Counted from the first letter of the stretch, positions 9,730 through 19,051 are shown. The stretch is 64,000 bases of DNA from Vulcanimicrobiota bacterium (GCA_963733295.1 CAVTCS010000003.1:256001-320000), one strand, 5' to 3'. Program-made: numbers and translations. The notes: a model not told the origin generated them from the letters alone.

Positions 9730-9922
9730 TCCTTGGCGCTCGGAGATCCCCAGCCGGACGCCGGCCTGGACCTGGGTGATGCTCTTGGTGGCGAGATTGG
9801 CCATGGTCTGGAGGCGGCTCAGCTCGGCTTGGCTCATCGGTAAGGGCTCCATGCACCCCGCACCCGGCCAACCGGACATCTGTACTTGGGAGAAAACCGG
9901 ACATCTCTACTTGGGCCCTATA
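9730..9922 (-). mobile_element. IS remnant (ISNCY/IS1202-like): left end plus truncated transposase N-terminus
   Basis: Tandem 20-bp repeat ACCGGACATCT(G/C)TACTTGGG at 9871-9890 and 9896-9915, then on the minus strand MSQAELSRLQTMANLATKSITQVQAGVRLGISERQ (transposase HTH start) which breaks off. Confidence 0.7.
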
Positions 9923-9939
9923 GAGCACACACAGTCGCA

Positions 9940-9968
9940 TTGACACGGCTGGCGCCCTCCGGTAGAAT
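9940..9968 (+). promoter_or_regulatory. Sigma70-type promoter of rplM-rpsI
   Basis: TTGACA-17 nt-TAGAAT. Confidence 0.8.
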
Positions 9969-10035
9969 TCGGGGGTTGTCGGCCCGGGAACCGGGCGGCA
10001 TTTCTTTGGTTTCGCTCCCAGCTCGAAAAGGCCGA

Positions 10036-10461
10036 ATGCGCACCTTCCAACAGAAAACGGCTGAGACTCAGCACGATTGGTACGTCGTCGACGCGGCGGG
10101 CCAGCGCTTGGGTACCTTGGCCGTGCGCATCGCGCGGACGCTCGCGGGCAAGAATAAGCCGACCTGGACGCCACACATCGACGACGGCGACCACGTGATC
10201 GTGCTGAACGCCGCCAAGGTCGAACTCGGCGGCAACAAGTGGCAGCAGAAGGTCTATCACCGCCATAGCGGCTACCCCGGCGGTCTGCGGACCGAGACCG
10301 CAGCCGACTTGCAGAAGAAGTATCCGGAGCGCCTGATCGAGCGCGCGGTGCGCGGCATGCTGCCGACAAACAAGACGCGCGACGTGCAGTTGCGCCGCCT
10401 CAAAGTGTACGCCGGCGCGGAGCATCCGCACGCGCCGCAACAGCCCAAGGAGCTCGCCTAG
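10036..10461 (+). CDS. rplM: 50S ribosomal protein L13
   Basis: WYVVDAAGQRLGTLA, GKNKPTWTPHIDDGD, HSGYPGGL. Confidence 0.98.
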   Translation: MRTFQQKTAETQHDWYVVDAAGQRLGTLAVRIARTLAGKNKPTWTPHIDDGDHVIVLNAAKVELGGNKWQQKVYHRHSGYPGGLRTETAADLQKKYPERLIERAVRGMLPTNKTRDVQLRRLKVYAGAEHPHAPQQPKELA

Positions 10462-10857
10462 TTGGAATCGACCGAACAGTTCGCCGGGACCGGCCGCCGC
10501 AAGCGCGCAATCGCGCGCGTAAGAATCGAGCTGGGTCAGGGCCTGATAACGGTCAACCAGAAACCGGTCGACGCATACTTCACGCGCCCGACGCTCCTGC
10601 AGATCATCCGCCAGCCGCTCGAGGTGACGCAAACCGGCTCGCGCTTCGACGTTCACGCGAAGACGATCGGCGGCGGCATGTCGGGTCAAGCCGGCGCGGT
10701 TCGCCACGGCATCGCGCGCGCGCTGATCGACATGGACGAGTCGCTCCGCGAGCCGCTGCGCAAAGCCGGGCTGCTCACGCGCGACCCGCGCGAAAAAGAG
10801 TCGAAAAAGTACGGACGCAAGCGCGCCCGCAAGCGGTTCCAGTTCTCTAAGCGCTAA
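10462..10857 (+). CDS. rpsI: 30S ribosomal protein S9
   Basis: [37 protein letters not shown]-terminus. Confidence 0.98.
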   Translation: MESTEQFAGTGRRKRAIARVRIELGQGLITVNQKPVDAYFTRPTLLQIIRQPLEVTQTGSRFDVHAKTIGGGMSGQAGAVRHGIARALIDMDESLREPLRKAGLLTRDPREKESKKYGRKRARKRFQFSKR

Positions 10858-10884
10858 TTCGCGAGGACGAAGCTTGGCGCGAGG

Positions 10885-12531
10885 CTAGGCTTCGGAGAAG
10901 ATCGCGTAGGCCGTGACGAGTTCGGTGCGCCCTTTGACGCGCGCCGAGAGCTTGTGAACTTGACGCGAGATCGATCCCGCGCTGCGGAAGGTCTCTTCGT
11001 CGCAGTAGATGCATCCGGGCGGCGCCGCGCTCTGGAGGCCGTTCGCTAAGTTCACCGCGTCGCCGATCACCGTATAATCCATGCGCTGCGCGCTTCCGAA
11101 GTGTCCGGCGACCACGTCACCGGTCGCAAGACCGACCGAAATCTCGAGCGGATAGGCGATGCGCGGACCCAGCTCGCGCACGACCTGGTGGAGGCGGATG
11201 GCCGCAGCGACGGCGCGCCCGGCGTCGTCCCCACGCACGCGGGGCGGCCCAAAAACCGCCATCAAACCGTCGCCGTAGAATTTGTCGAGCAGCCCGTCGT
11301 GCTCGAAAACGATGCGCACGGCCGCTTCGAAGTAGCCGTTGAGGATTTCTACGACGCGCTCCGGAGAAAGCGTCGCCGCGAGCGCGGTGAAGCCGCGGAC
11401 GTCGGCAAAGAGCATCGTCGCCCGCTTGCGCTCGCCGCCCAAGCGGATCGACGAGGGATCGTGCATGAGCGACTGCACGACGTGCGGCGCTAAGTAACGG
11501 GAGAACGACTCTTCGATCTTGCGTTGCGAGGTCACGTCGGTCACCAGCACGGCCGCGCCGGTTCCATCGTTCATCTGCAGCGGTGCGAGACGGATCTCGA
11601 GTACGAGTTCGCTGCCGTTGCCCTTGTGCGCTTCGACTTCCGCGCGTAGCGACACCGCTCCGCTGGCGAAGAACGTCTCGAGGAGGTCGTCGAAATCGGG
11701 CAGGTAAGCCGTTAGCGCCGCGCTTCCGCAGCCGATCATTTCGTCGGCCTGCGTCCCGAACGTCGCTTCGGCGGCACGATTGAAGGTCGTGATCTTGCGC
11801 GCGGCCGAGAGGGTGATGACGCCGCTCGCGATCGCTTCCAGCAAGTGAGCTTGAAAGGCTTGCAGCTCGGAGATCCGTTCCAAACGGCTGCGTTCGTCGG
11901 CGAAGAGTCGCGCGTTCTCGATTGCCAGTGCAGCTTGCAGCGCGAAGGCTACCAGCAGTTCGCGGTCGCCCGGCTTGAAAAGTCCCGGCAAGACGCGCGA
12001 GTCGAGGTAGACTGCGCCGATGACCACATCGCGGACCAGCAGCGGCACGCAAGCGATCGAACGCAGGTGCAGGGTGACGATCGAGCGGTGCGCGTTCCAA
12101 TCCGGATCGCTCTGCGCGTCGGTCGTGAAAACGGGCTCGCCGGTCTCCAAAACTCGCGCAACGATCGCTTGCGCCGGTTCGTCGAGAGTCCCCTCGGGCC
12201 GCGACGGGTCGTGGGCCGCGGCAACGCGCCGGCCTTCGCGGAAAATCAAGTACCCGCGCTCGGCGTTCATCACGTCGACCGCGAGGGCCAGAACCGACCT
12301 GAGCACTTCGTCGAGTTCGAGCGACGAGTTGACGATCTGCGCCGCGCGCGCGAGCCGCCGCTGCTTACGCTCGGCGACCGGGTCGAGGCGCGCCGCGATC
12401 ACTTCCAGCGCCCGCGAAGCGGCAGAGTCGTCGCGGATGGCCGCGTTCGAAGAGAGCGTCGCGAATGCGTCGGTGAGAACGCGCTCGTCGCTCGGCTCGG
12501 GCTGCCCCCGGGGGTGCATCAACTCACTCAA
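10885..12531 (-). CDS. Class III adenylate/guanylate cyclase with GAF and PAS domains
   Basis: GAF (SIACVPLL...GAVYLD), PAS (ITTFNRAAE), cyclase LFADVRGFT, DKFYGDG, DYTVIGDAVN. Confidence 0.92.
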   Translation of the reverse strand: MSELMHPRGQPEPSDERVLTDAFATLSSNAAIRDDSAASRALEVIAARLDPVAERKQRRLARAAQIVNSSLELDEVLRSVLALAVDVMNAERGYLIFREGRRVAAAHDPSRPEGTLDEPAQAIVARVLETGEPVFTTDAQSDPDWNAHRSIVTLHLRSIACVPLLVRDVVIGAVYLDSRVLPGLFKPGDRELLVAFALQAALAIENARLFADERSRLERISELQAFQAHLLEAIASGVITLSAARKITTFNRAAEATFGTQADEMIGCGSAALTAYLPDFDDLLETFFASGAVSLRAEVEAHKGNGSELVLEIRLAPLQMNDGTGAAVLVTDVTSQRKIEESFSRYLAPHVVQSLMHDPSSIRLGGERKRATMLFADVRGFTALAATLSPERVVEILNGYFEAAVRIVFEHDGLLDKFYGDGLMAVFGPPRVRGDDAGRAVAAAIRLHQVVRELGPRIAYPLEISVGLATGDVVAGHFGSAQRMDYTVIGDAVNLANGLQSAAPPGCIYCDEETFRSAGSISRQVHKLSARVKGRTELVTAYAIFSEA

Positions 12532-12995
12532 TAGCTATAGTACAGGCAGCAATAGTCGACCATGTAGCCGGCGTCGTTCTGCCAGTGAGGAGTGAATTCG
12601 AACTTGGCGACCGAGACCTTGTTAGGTACGAGAAAAGATACGTCAACCCGTTGCGACTGGCTGGGCCCAACGATGCCCGCCTCGCTCAGATCGACCGCGT
12701 TGTAACCGGGTCGAACCACCGGGTAGTAGACCGTTTCGCCGACGAGCAGATGGAAGTCATGCGGCCGGAACGTCTGCGCGAAGAGACGTGAGGGGTTGAC
12801 GATGAGTAGGCCGGGAACGGTCACGTACTGCATGTCCTCGTTGGCCGCGGTGGTCTGTGCGAGGTCGGCGTTGATGTTATAGGGTAGGAGGACCCGCACC
12901 GAACCGGTGTTCGCTAGAGCGGGCCCGGAAACGACGAGAGCGGGCACTGAAACGAGGAGTAGGGCGAACCGTATCCCTCGTGACAGGAAGTGCAT
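12528..12995 (-). CDS. Hypothetical exported protein (Ig-like/DUF4352-like)
   Basis: Signal peptide, RBS upstream, beta-rich mature region; overlaps the cyclase start. Confidence 0.55.
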   Translation of the reverse strand: MHFLSRGIRFALLLVSVPALVVSGPALANTGSVRVLLPYNINADLAQTTAANEDMQYVTVPGLLIVNPSRLFAQTFRPHDFHLLVGETVYYPVVRPGYNAVDLSEAGIVGPSQSQRVDVSFLVPNKVSVAKFEFTPHWQNDAGYMVDYCCLYYSY

Positions 12996-13133
12996 TGCTC
13001 CTCACTTCTTTCGGCTAGCTGAGAAGGTAATGTTAACGGTCAAGCGCATAGCGGCGTTGACGTCTGTTGATATCTGGCGCTCATCGGGCGTGCGATTGGT
13101 CACGGGTCCCCGGCCGCCAGCGGCTGCCGGAAG

Positions 13134-14573
13134 GTGCTCTTCCCTATTCGCAGGAGACTCCCCCATGCAGTCCCCTTTCCCAACGGGGTGAAAGACCGGG
13201 TCGTCGCTTTCGAGCCGGCACCGGCTCCCTTCGAAAGTGCGCTAACGGACTACCGGGCTGCCCGGTTCAACGACTGCATTCGCAGCCTCCGGGGCCACCA
13301 GACGCTGCCGGAACGGGTCCTGCGGGCCCGGGCTCTCCTTCGGCTGACCCGCTACGAGGAAGCTTCGGAGAGCCTCAAGACCGTCCCCCAGTCCAGCGAG
13401 GTCTCCCACCAGCTGCGAGCGAGCGCCCTCGTCGTCCGCGCGGCCGTCGCGACGCTTTTGGGGCGCTTTTCGCGCGCGGACGAGGACCTCGCCGCGGCCC
13501 GGCTCCACGTCTATTCGGCCCCATCCCCCGCGCTCGAAGCGGAGTTCGAATACTACAGCGCCATGTTGCGCTGGGTCCAGGGCGATTTTGCGGCCGGCGA
13601 GACCGGAGCCCGGCGCGTTCTCGACATCGAGAACTCGGGACCACCGCCGTACGAGGGCAGCACCCCGGCGCTCGCCGCAAGCCGCGCGCGGGCGGTGATG
13701 ATTCTCGGATACGAGGTAGCACGCGAGGGGCGCTTCCGGGCGTACGTCGACTTGCTGCTGCACGCGCTGGCCGAACTGGATTGCGGCGAAGACCCGGATC
13801 CGTACCTCGAGGCGGTCTTACTGCGCGACCTCGCATTCGGGGCGCGCGAACTCGATCTGCCGACCGTGGCCTCGGTGGTCCGCGAACGCGCGGAAGTCTT
13901 GCCTTGGACCTCCGAACTCGACGAGCAGCACGCGCACGTGCAGCGTTCGCTTGCCTGGTGCGCCGCACTCGCCGGCGATCATCTCGGTGCGCTGCGCAAT
14001 CTGCGGCTCTCAGCGGAGATCGCGCCGGCTCCGACTTGGAAGCTCCTGGCGCTGCTGGAACGTTCGTACCTAGCGCGCGAACTCGATCAGCTGATCCTAG
14101 CCGAGGAAGAGCTGCGGCTCGCGCAAGATTTGAGTTCGACGATCGATTGGGAAGGAACCAAGGGAGAGGAAAGCTTCGGATTGTTGCACCTTGCGTTGCT
14201 GACCGCCGAGCGCGATCCGGCGGCCGCGCAGTCGTGGCTCGCGCGCTACGACTCGCTGCATCAAAATTCGTCGCCGTTGTTGCTCGGCCGGCCCGACCCG
14301 CGGGCCCGGGCGCTCGAACTCTACGCGCGCGGCAGCGTCGCGGAAGCGGAGGGTCTCGCGTCGCACGCGGTCGCGCTTTACACCGACGCGTTCGAATTGT
14401 GGGATCGCTTGGGCTGTTCGTGGCGTGCGGCGCTCGCCGCTTCGCGCCTGGCGCGGACGACCGGGGCCGCGTCGTTCGTCGAATACGAGGAGCAGGCGGT
14501 TCGCCGGCGACCGGAATCGTGGCTCGCCTTGCAGTACGCGCGCTCGCGGCCGACTTTCCCGATCGTCCCTTAG
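13134..14573 (+). CDS. Hypothetical helical-repeat (TPR-like) protein
   Basis: 479 aa Ala/Leu-rich ORF with amphipathic helical repeats; start uncertain. Confidence 0.55.
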   Translation: MLFPIRRRLPHAVPFPNGVKDRVVAFEPAPAPFESALTDYRAARFNDCIRSLRGHQTLPERVLRARALLRLTRYEEASESLKTVPQSSEVSHQLRASALVVRAAVATLLGRFSRADEDLAAARLHVYSAPSPALEAEFEYYSAMLRWVQGDFAAGETGARRVLDIENSGPPPYEGSTPALAASRARAVMILGYEVAREGRFRAYVDLLLHALAELDCGEDPDPYLEAVLLRDLAFGARELDLPTVASVVRERAEVLPWTSELDEQHAHVQRSLAWCAALAGDHLGALRNLRLSAEIAPAPTWKLLALLERSYLARELDQLILAEEELRLAQDLSSTIDWEGTKGEESFGLLHLALLTAERDPAAAQSWLARYDSLHQNSSPLLLGRPDPRARALELYARGSVAEAEGLASHAVALYTDAFELWDRLGCSWRAALAASRLARTTGAASFVEYEEQAVRRRPESWLALQYARSRPTFPIVP

Positions 14574-14622
14574 TTCACGCAGCCGCAAGATCCCGGCGAT
14601 ACGCGCGGACTACCCTTCGCAG

Positions 14623-14838
14623 ATGGAGATGCTTCCGGGAGAACTGACCGGCGCGGCAGGTGAGGCACGCGAACGCTTCGCGCGACTTGCGTTGCGTACT
14701 GCCGAAGCGAACGTGACGCCACACGGAGCCCAGCCGGCCAGCGCGATGGCGGCCGCCGCCCGCGAAGCGATTTTCACCGACGCGCTGCTCGGGGCGCTGC
14801 GCGCCAGACTCGAAGAACTGAAGAACGTCGCGAAGTAA
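14623..14838 (+). CDS. Highly reduced FlgB-like proximal rod protein (putative)
   Basis: 71 aa; ANVTP recalls the FlgB ANxxTP motif and MAAAAREAIFTDALLGALRARLEELKNVAK matches the FlgB C-terminal helix pattern; 2 kb upstream of flgC. Confidence 0.45.
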   Translation: MEMLPGELTGAAGEARERFARLALRTAEANVTPHGAQPASAMAAAAREAIFTDALLGALRARLEELKNVAK

Positions 14839-14866
14839 AGCGCCGGCGCATCGCTAAGGTTCCAGC

Positions 14867-15202
14867 GTGAGCCAGAGGTTCGTCGGTGAAGCGATCGCGC
14901 CCGGCGGCGACTTCGACGTCGCGACGATGGCGCGCGGCGAACCGGGTCTTCCCGGTCATTTTGTCTGGCGCGATGAAACGTTACGCGTCGTCGCGCTGCG
15001 TCGCACTTGGCGCTCGACGAAGACCGACCGGGGCGACGTTTACGTCAAGCGGCACTGGTTCGAGATATCGCTCGCCGACGGAAGAAGCGCCGTCGTCTAT
15101 TTCGAACGGCAAGCGCGTCGCGGCGCGTCGCGCTGGTGGTTATATACGATCGCCGATGAAGACGGGGATGCCGGACCGCCGGCGCGGAAACGCGTGGAAT
15201 GA
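14867..15202 (+). CDS. DUF6504-like protein
   Basis: GEPGLPGHFVWRDE..RVV....W...RHWFEI....VYFERQ...WWLY. Confidence 0.65.
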   Translation: MSQRFVGEAIAPGGDFDVATMARGEPGLPGHFVWRDETLRVVALRRTWRSTKTDRGDVYVKRHWFEISLADGRSAVVYFERQARRGASRWWLYTIADEDGDAGPPARKRVE

Positions 15203-15654
15203 AACGCATCGCACTGCTCTGCGCGGCGCTCGCTCTACTCGGAGCGAGCGATCCTCAAAACGACGGAAAGTACTTCGTTGGGAAGTGGACGTGTGGTGGC
15301 GTGCCGTGGAGCTTCGCGCCGCTGCTCGCCGGCAGCAGCTGGATCGAGATCTCGTACGGTCGCGCCGGCAACCCGGACGGAACGGCGGTCATGGGATACG
15401 TCACCGGCCTCGGCACTTGGGTCTATCGCGACTTTCACGCCGACGGCAGCTACGCGGACCTGACCTCCCCGGGACTCGTCGACGGGCGATGGGTCTGGAG
15501 CGGACCGTATTATCGCGCGGCCGGCGGTCCGGCTTTGAACGGGCGGATAACGTACGTCGAAGTCGACGCCGCACACTACGATCGCATCTTCGAGTCTCTC
15601 GAGAGCGGTGTTTACGTCAAGCACGGCAACGATTCGTGCATGAAATCACCGTAA
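15199..15654 (+). CDS. Hypothetical exported protein
   Basis: Signal peptide MKRIALLCAALALLGA, FVGKWTC, beta-barrel-like pattern. Confidence 0.6.
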   Translation: MKRIALLCAALALLGASDPQNDGKYFVGKWTCGGVPWSFAPLLAGSSWIEISYGRAGNPDGTAVMGYVTGLGTWVYRDFHADGSYADLTSPGLVDGRWVWSGPYYRAAGGPALNGRITYVEVDAAHYDRIFESLESGVYVKHGNDSCMKSP

Positions 15655-16757
15655 GCGCGCGTCGATCCCGGGCCGTTGCATTCGCGCTCGGCTTGTGCTG
15701 GGGGCTTTCCCTCACGACCGTACCAGCGACCGCACAAACGCTGAACGATGCGCTCGATCACGGGTGCGCGATCTCGGATTTCAAGACCGACGGGAGTATT
15801 GGGGCGCGCTATAATGCCGCCACCAAAACGCTCGCGTACGGGCGGCCGGCCGCCGACGGCCACTTTCACGCGTACTTGTCGGAAGCCGACGGCAGCAACG
15901 AGCGGCGTCTGACGTATTCGGGATGGCCGGAGAACCGCCATCAGTTCGTCGTCGAGTGGGAACCCAAAGGCCGCTACTTATTCGTGGAAGTGGAAAAGAC
16001 CGAGCACCGGGGATCGTCGCGAGATGCGATTCCCGGTTACGGTGCGTACACCGACTTGTGGTTGGTTTCGCGCGACGGCAAAGAGGCCTGGAAGCTGGTC
16101 GACCTGCCCAACGACTACGACCACGCGTTGACGCATGCGGCGATCACGGCGGACGGCACGCAACTCACCTGGACCGAACGCGTCAAGCGGCCGAATCTCT
16201 TCGACGCGAACCTCTGGGCGGGCGCGTACGTGTTCAACGTCGCCGACTTCAAGCTCGATCCCACCCCGCATCTGGAAAACATTCACGCCTTCACGCCGGG
16301 CGGCCGTCCCGCGGGAGGGGAGGTCGACGGCATCCTGTCCGACGGTCCGACGCTCGCGTTCTACAGCACGTACAAAACGCGGAATCTCTTCGCCACGCGA
16401 ATTTACACGTGGAACCTGACGAGCGGCGCGATCGCGGAGCTTTCAACGGACAGCTTCGCGCAGGCGCCTCGCTATACGCCCGACGGCCGAAGCTTGGTGT
16501 ACATGTCGGGCAGCGGCGCGGACATTTTCCTCGGTGAGATTCAAGGCGCGGATTGGTGGTTCGTTCGCACGGACGGGACACAACGTCGCCGCCTGACGTA
16601 TATGAACAAGCGCGGAAGCCCGCAGTCGGCCGGACACTACCGTCTCGCAGGCATCGTCTCATTCGATTCCGACCGCTCGTTCTACGGCGACGTTCTGCTA
16701 AAACCGCTCGGCCTGAGCGGAAAGATCGTCACGGTTCGCTGCAACGAGCCGTTTTAA
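15636..16757 (+). CDS. Exported TolB/WD40-like beta-propeller protein
   Basis: Signal peptide; repeats DGSNERRLT, YTPDGRSLVYMS, DGTQRRRLT; start approximate. Confidence 0.65.
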   Translation: MHEITVSARRSRAVAFALGLCWGLSLTTVPATAQTLNDALDHGCAISDFKTDGSIGARYNAATKTLAYGRPAADGHFHAYLSEADGSNERRLTYSGWPENRHQFVVEWEPKGRYLFVEVEKTEHRGSSRDAIPGYGAYTDLWLVSRDGKEAWKLVDLPNDYDHALTHAAITADGTQLTWTERVKRPNLFDANLWAGAYVFNVADFKLDPTPHLENIHAFTPGGRPAGGEVDGILSDGPTLAFYSTYKTRNLFATRIYTWNLTSGAIAELSTDSFAQAPRYTPDGRSLVYMSGSGADIFLGEIQGADWWFVRTDGTQRRRLTYMNKRGSPQSAGHYRLAGIVSFDSDRSFYGDVLLKPLGLSGKIVTVRCNEPF

Positions 16758-16860
16758 GGAAGTCCCGGTAACCAGTCGATAGAGCGTTGCCGCGGGGGCG
16801 CGCGCGAAGCGATAACGCGGCGGCCGCAGTGCGCTAACAGCCTCACCGTATCATGAAGCG

Positions 16861-17256
16861 GTGAGTGAGTTCGACATCCTCCGTGCGGCGGCGGCCGGCA
16901 TGGACGCGCAGCGCGCCGCGCTCGACGTGGCGGCGCGTAACGTCGCCGCCGCCGAAACCGTTCCCGACGGCAGCTTCGCGCGGCTTGTACCGCGCTTTCA
17001 AGTTGAGGCCGCCGCCGAGGGCAATGCGCCGGTCGATTTCGAACCGCCGGACGAGCCCGACGGCGAATCGAGCGACGACGGCGAGCAGCCTCCCGTGCGC
17101 TTCTTAGGTGCAACGCCGCAGCCGGGCAGTGAAGTCAACGCGGTGACCGAGATGGTCGCCGTTCTCGACGCGCAGCGAGCGTACGAAGCCGACGCGTCCG
17201 TTTTCGACGTCGGAAAACGGCTGGCCGAACGCACGATCGACATGGGGCGGTTGTGA
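16861..17256 (+). CDS. flgC: Flagellar basal-body rod protein FlgC (divergent)
   Basis: AAGMDAQRAALDVAARNVA and VNAVTEMVAVLDAQRAYEA termini; precedes fliE. Confidence 0.85.
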   Translation: MSEFDILRAAAAGMDAQRAALDVAARNVAAAETVPDGSFARLVPRFQVEAAAEGNAPVDFEPPDEPDGESSDDGEQPPVRFLGATPQPGSEVNAVTEMVAVLDAQRAYEADASVFDVGKRLAERTIDMGRL

Positions 17257-17588
17257 CCGTCACGCCGCTTGAGGGTTTGCCGCCGGGGATCGCGCCGCCC
17301 GTGCCGGACCTCGACGTGCCGGCGACGCCCGATGCTGCGCCGCCGCCGATTTCGAGTGCTCGCCCCGGCGAAGGTTCTTTCGGTGCGCAACTGCTCGAGG
17401 CGCTCGATGCCGCCGGAAACGTGCTCGGCCGCGCCGACGCCGCCGAACGCGCCTTCGCTCGCGGACGCGGCGGGTTACAAGAGATGGTGCTCGAGCGCGC
17501 GCAGGCCGACGTCGTTCTTTCCGTTGCGAGCGCGGCCGCGTCGCGCGTGGCTCAAGCTCTCACCACGCTGCTCGGCATGCAAGTGTGA
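17253..17588 (+). CDS. fliE: Flagellar hook-basal body protein FliE (divergent)
   Basis: SFGAQLLEALD...LQEMVL..AQAD...ALTTLLGMQV; C-terminal MQV signature. Confidence 0.85.
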   Translation: MTVTPLEGLPPGIAPPVPDLDVPATPDAAPPPISSARPGEGSFGAQLLEALDAAGNVLGRADAAERAFARGRGGLQEMVLERAQADVVLSVASAAASRVAQALTTLLGMQV

Positions 17589-19051
17589 ATCCGGCGCAGT
17601 TCTTCGCGCGTCTGCGCGAGTTCGCGTCGCGCCGGCGCTCGTTCGGCGTCGCACTCGCAGCCGCGGCGCTGGTTTCGATCGCACTCGCTCTCGCGTTGCA
17701 GCGCGACTCGCGCGTCGACCTGTTCGCGGTCGCGCTGCGGCCGGAACAGATCACCGAAGTGGTCGAACGCCTGGCCGATTGGAACGTCGCCTTCGTGACG
17801 AGTGCCGACAACGTGCGAGTCGACGCGCGCCGCCGCAACGAACTGCTTTTGCGCCTTTCGCTGGCGGGCGTCCCCCACGCGCATCTGGACGGCACCCGCG
17901 AACTTCTAGAAAAAGTCAATCCGCTGACGCCGCAAAGCGTGCTCGACGCGCAACAGCGCGACGGGCTTGCCGACGATCTCGCCGCTAGCCTGCGCGGCCT
18001 TCCCGGTGTCGCCGACGCGCGCGTCATCATCGCGCCCGCCCAGGAGGGCGCTTTCGTCGGAGAGACATCGCGTCAAGCGAGTGCCAGCGTTCGCGTCGTG
18101 CTCGCTCCGGGCGCGACGCTTTCGCGCGATACGGCGGCTGGGATTCGCGCGTTCGTCGCGGCCGGCGTGCCCGGCCTCGAAGCGAAGCGCGTCGCTCTTC
18201 TGGATGACCGCGGCGCCGTACCGGGCGACGGCGCACCGGCCGCCGACCGCGACGAAGAGTTAGGCGCCTCGCTCCAATCGGTTCTCGATGCGGCTTTCGG
18301 AACGGGCGCGACCATCGTGCGCGTGCACCTGTCGTTCGATCCGCGCTCGCGCCAGGTCGACGAACGCGTCGCCAAGCCGCTCGGATCGCACCCGCTTCGA
18401 ACGGCGAACACCGACGAGCGTTACTCGAGCGTGCAAAAGCGCTACTCGAAGGCGAGTGCGAACGAAGAGAACGGCAGCGATGTCGAGGAAACGCGAACGG
18501 AGATTCCCGCCGGCCGGATCGCCCGAACTTCGGTGGCGATAGCGGTCGACGCGGCGCGCCGCCTCGATCTCAGCAAGATTCGCTCGCTCGCCATCGCGAC
18601 GCTTGGGCTCGAACCCTCGCGCGGCGATCGGGTGAGCGTCGAAGAGATCGCGTTCGCCGCTGCGCCGGTGCGCAAAGCGCCGTTCCTCGCGCTCGCGGCG
18701 GACGCGTTGGCCCGGCTCGTCGTTCCTCTGCTTGCGGCCGGGGCCGGGTTGGCTGGGTTGCGCTACGCTCCCAGGCCGGTCGCGCGAGCTTGGATCGCAT
18801 TGACGCGTTCGCTCGAAGTGCGCCGCGCTTCGCGTGCGGTTGCCGGTTTCGCGCCGTCTCAAGTTCGCGGCGTGCTGCGCGACGAACCTCCGCACACCGT
18901 CGCCGCGATCATCAGCGCGCTTCCCGCCGCGACCGCGACGGCGGTGCTGGAAATGTATCCGCCCGAAGAGCGCGCGCAGATCGTCGCGCGGATGGCGCGC
19001 GCCGTTGCGCCGGTGATTCCCGACTACGAGGCGGTGCTGCGGCGTGGCTGA
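17585..19051 (+). CDS. fliF: FliF M-ring-like protein with a C-terminal FliG middle-domain-like region
   Basis: TM1, ring-building motifs (LRLSLAGVP, GVADARVII, ASASVRV, VPGL...VALLDDRG), RGDRVSV, TM2, then EPPHTVAAIISALP..TA.AVL...PPEERAQIVARMA resembling the FliG EHPQ domain. Confidence 0.75.
   Translation: MNPAQFFARLREFASRRRSFGVALAAAALVSIALALALQRDSRVDLFAVALRPEQITEVVERLADWNVAFVTSADNVRVDARRRNELLLRLSLAGVPHAHLDGTRELLEKVNPLTPQSVLDAQQRDGLADDLAASLRGLPGVADARVIIAPAQEGAFVGETSRQASASVRVVLAPGATLSRDTAAGIRAFVAAGVPGLEAKRVALLDDRGAVPGDGAPAADRDEELGASLQSVLDAAFGTGATIVRVHLSFDPRSRQVDERVAKPLGSHPLRTANTDERYSSVQKRYSKASANEENGSDVEETRTEIPAGRIARTSVAIAVDAARRLDLSKIRSLAIATLGLEPSRGDRVSVEEIAFAAAPVRKAPFLALAADALARLVVPLLAAGAGLAGLRYAPRPVARAWIALTRSLEVRRASRAVAGFAPSQVRGVLRDEPPHTVAAIISALPAATATAVLEMYPPEERAQIVARMARAVAPVIPDYEAVLRRG

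Noticed and set aside
9871..9915. Direct repeat as a mini CRISPR array
   Set aside because: Only two 20-bp copies with a 5-bp spacer, no cas genes, and an adjacent transposase fragment explains it
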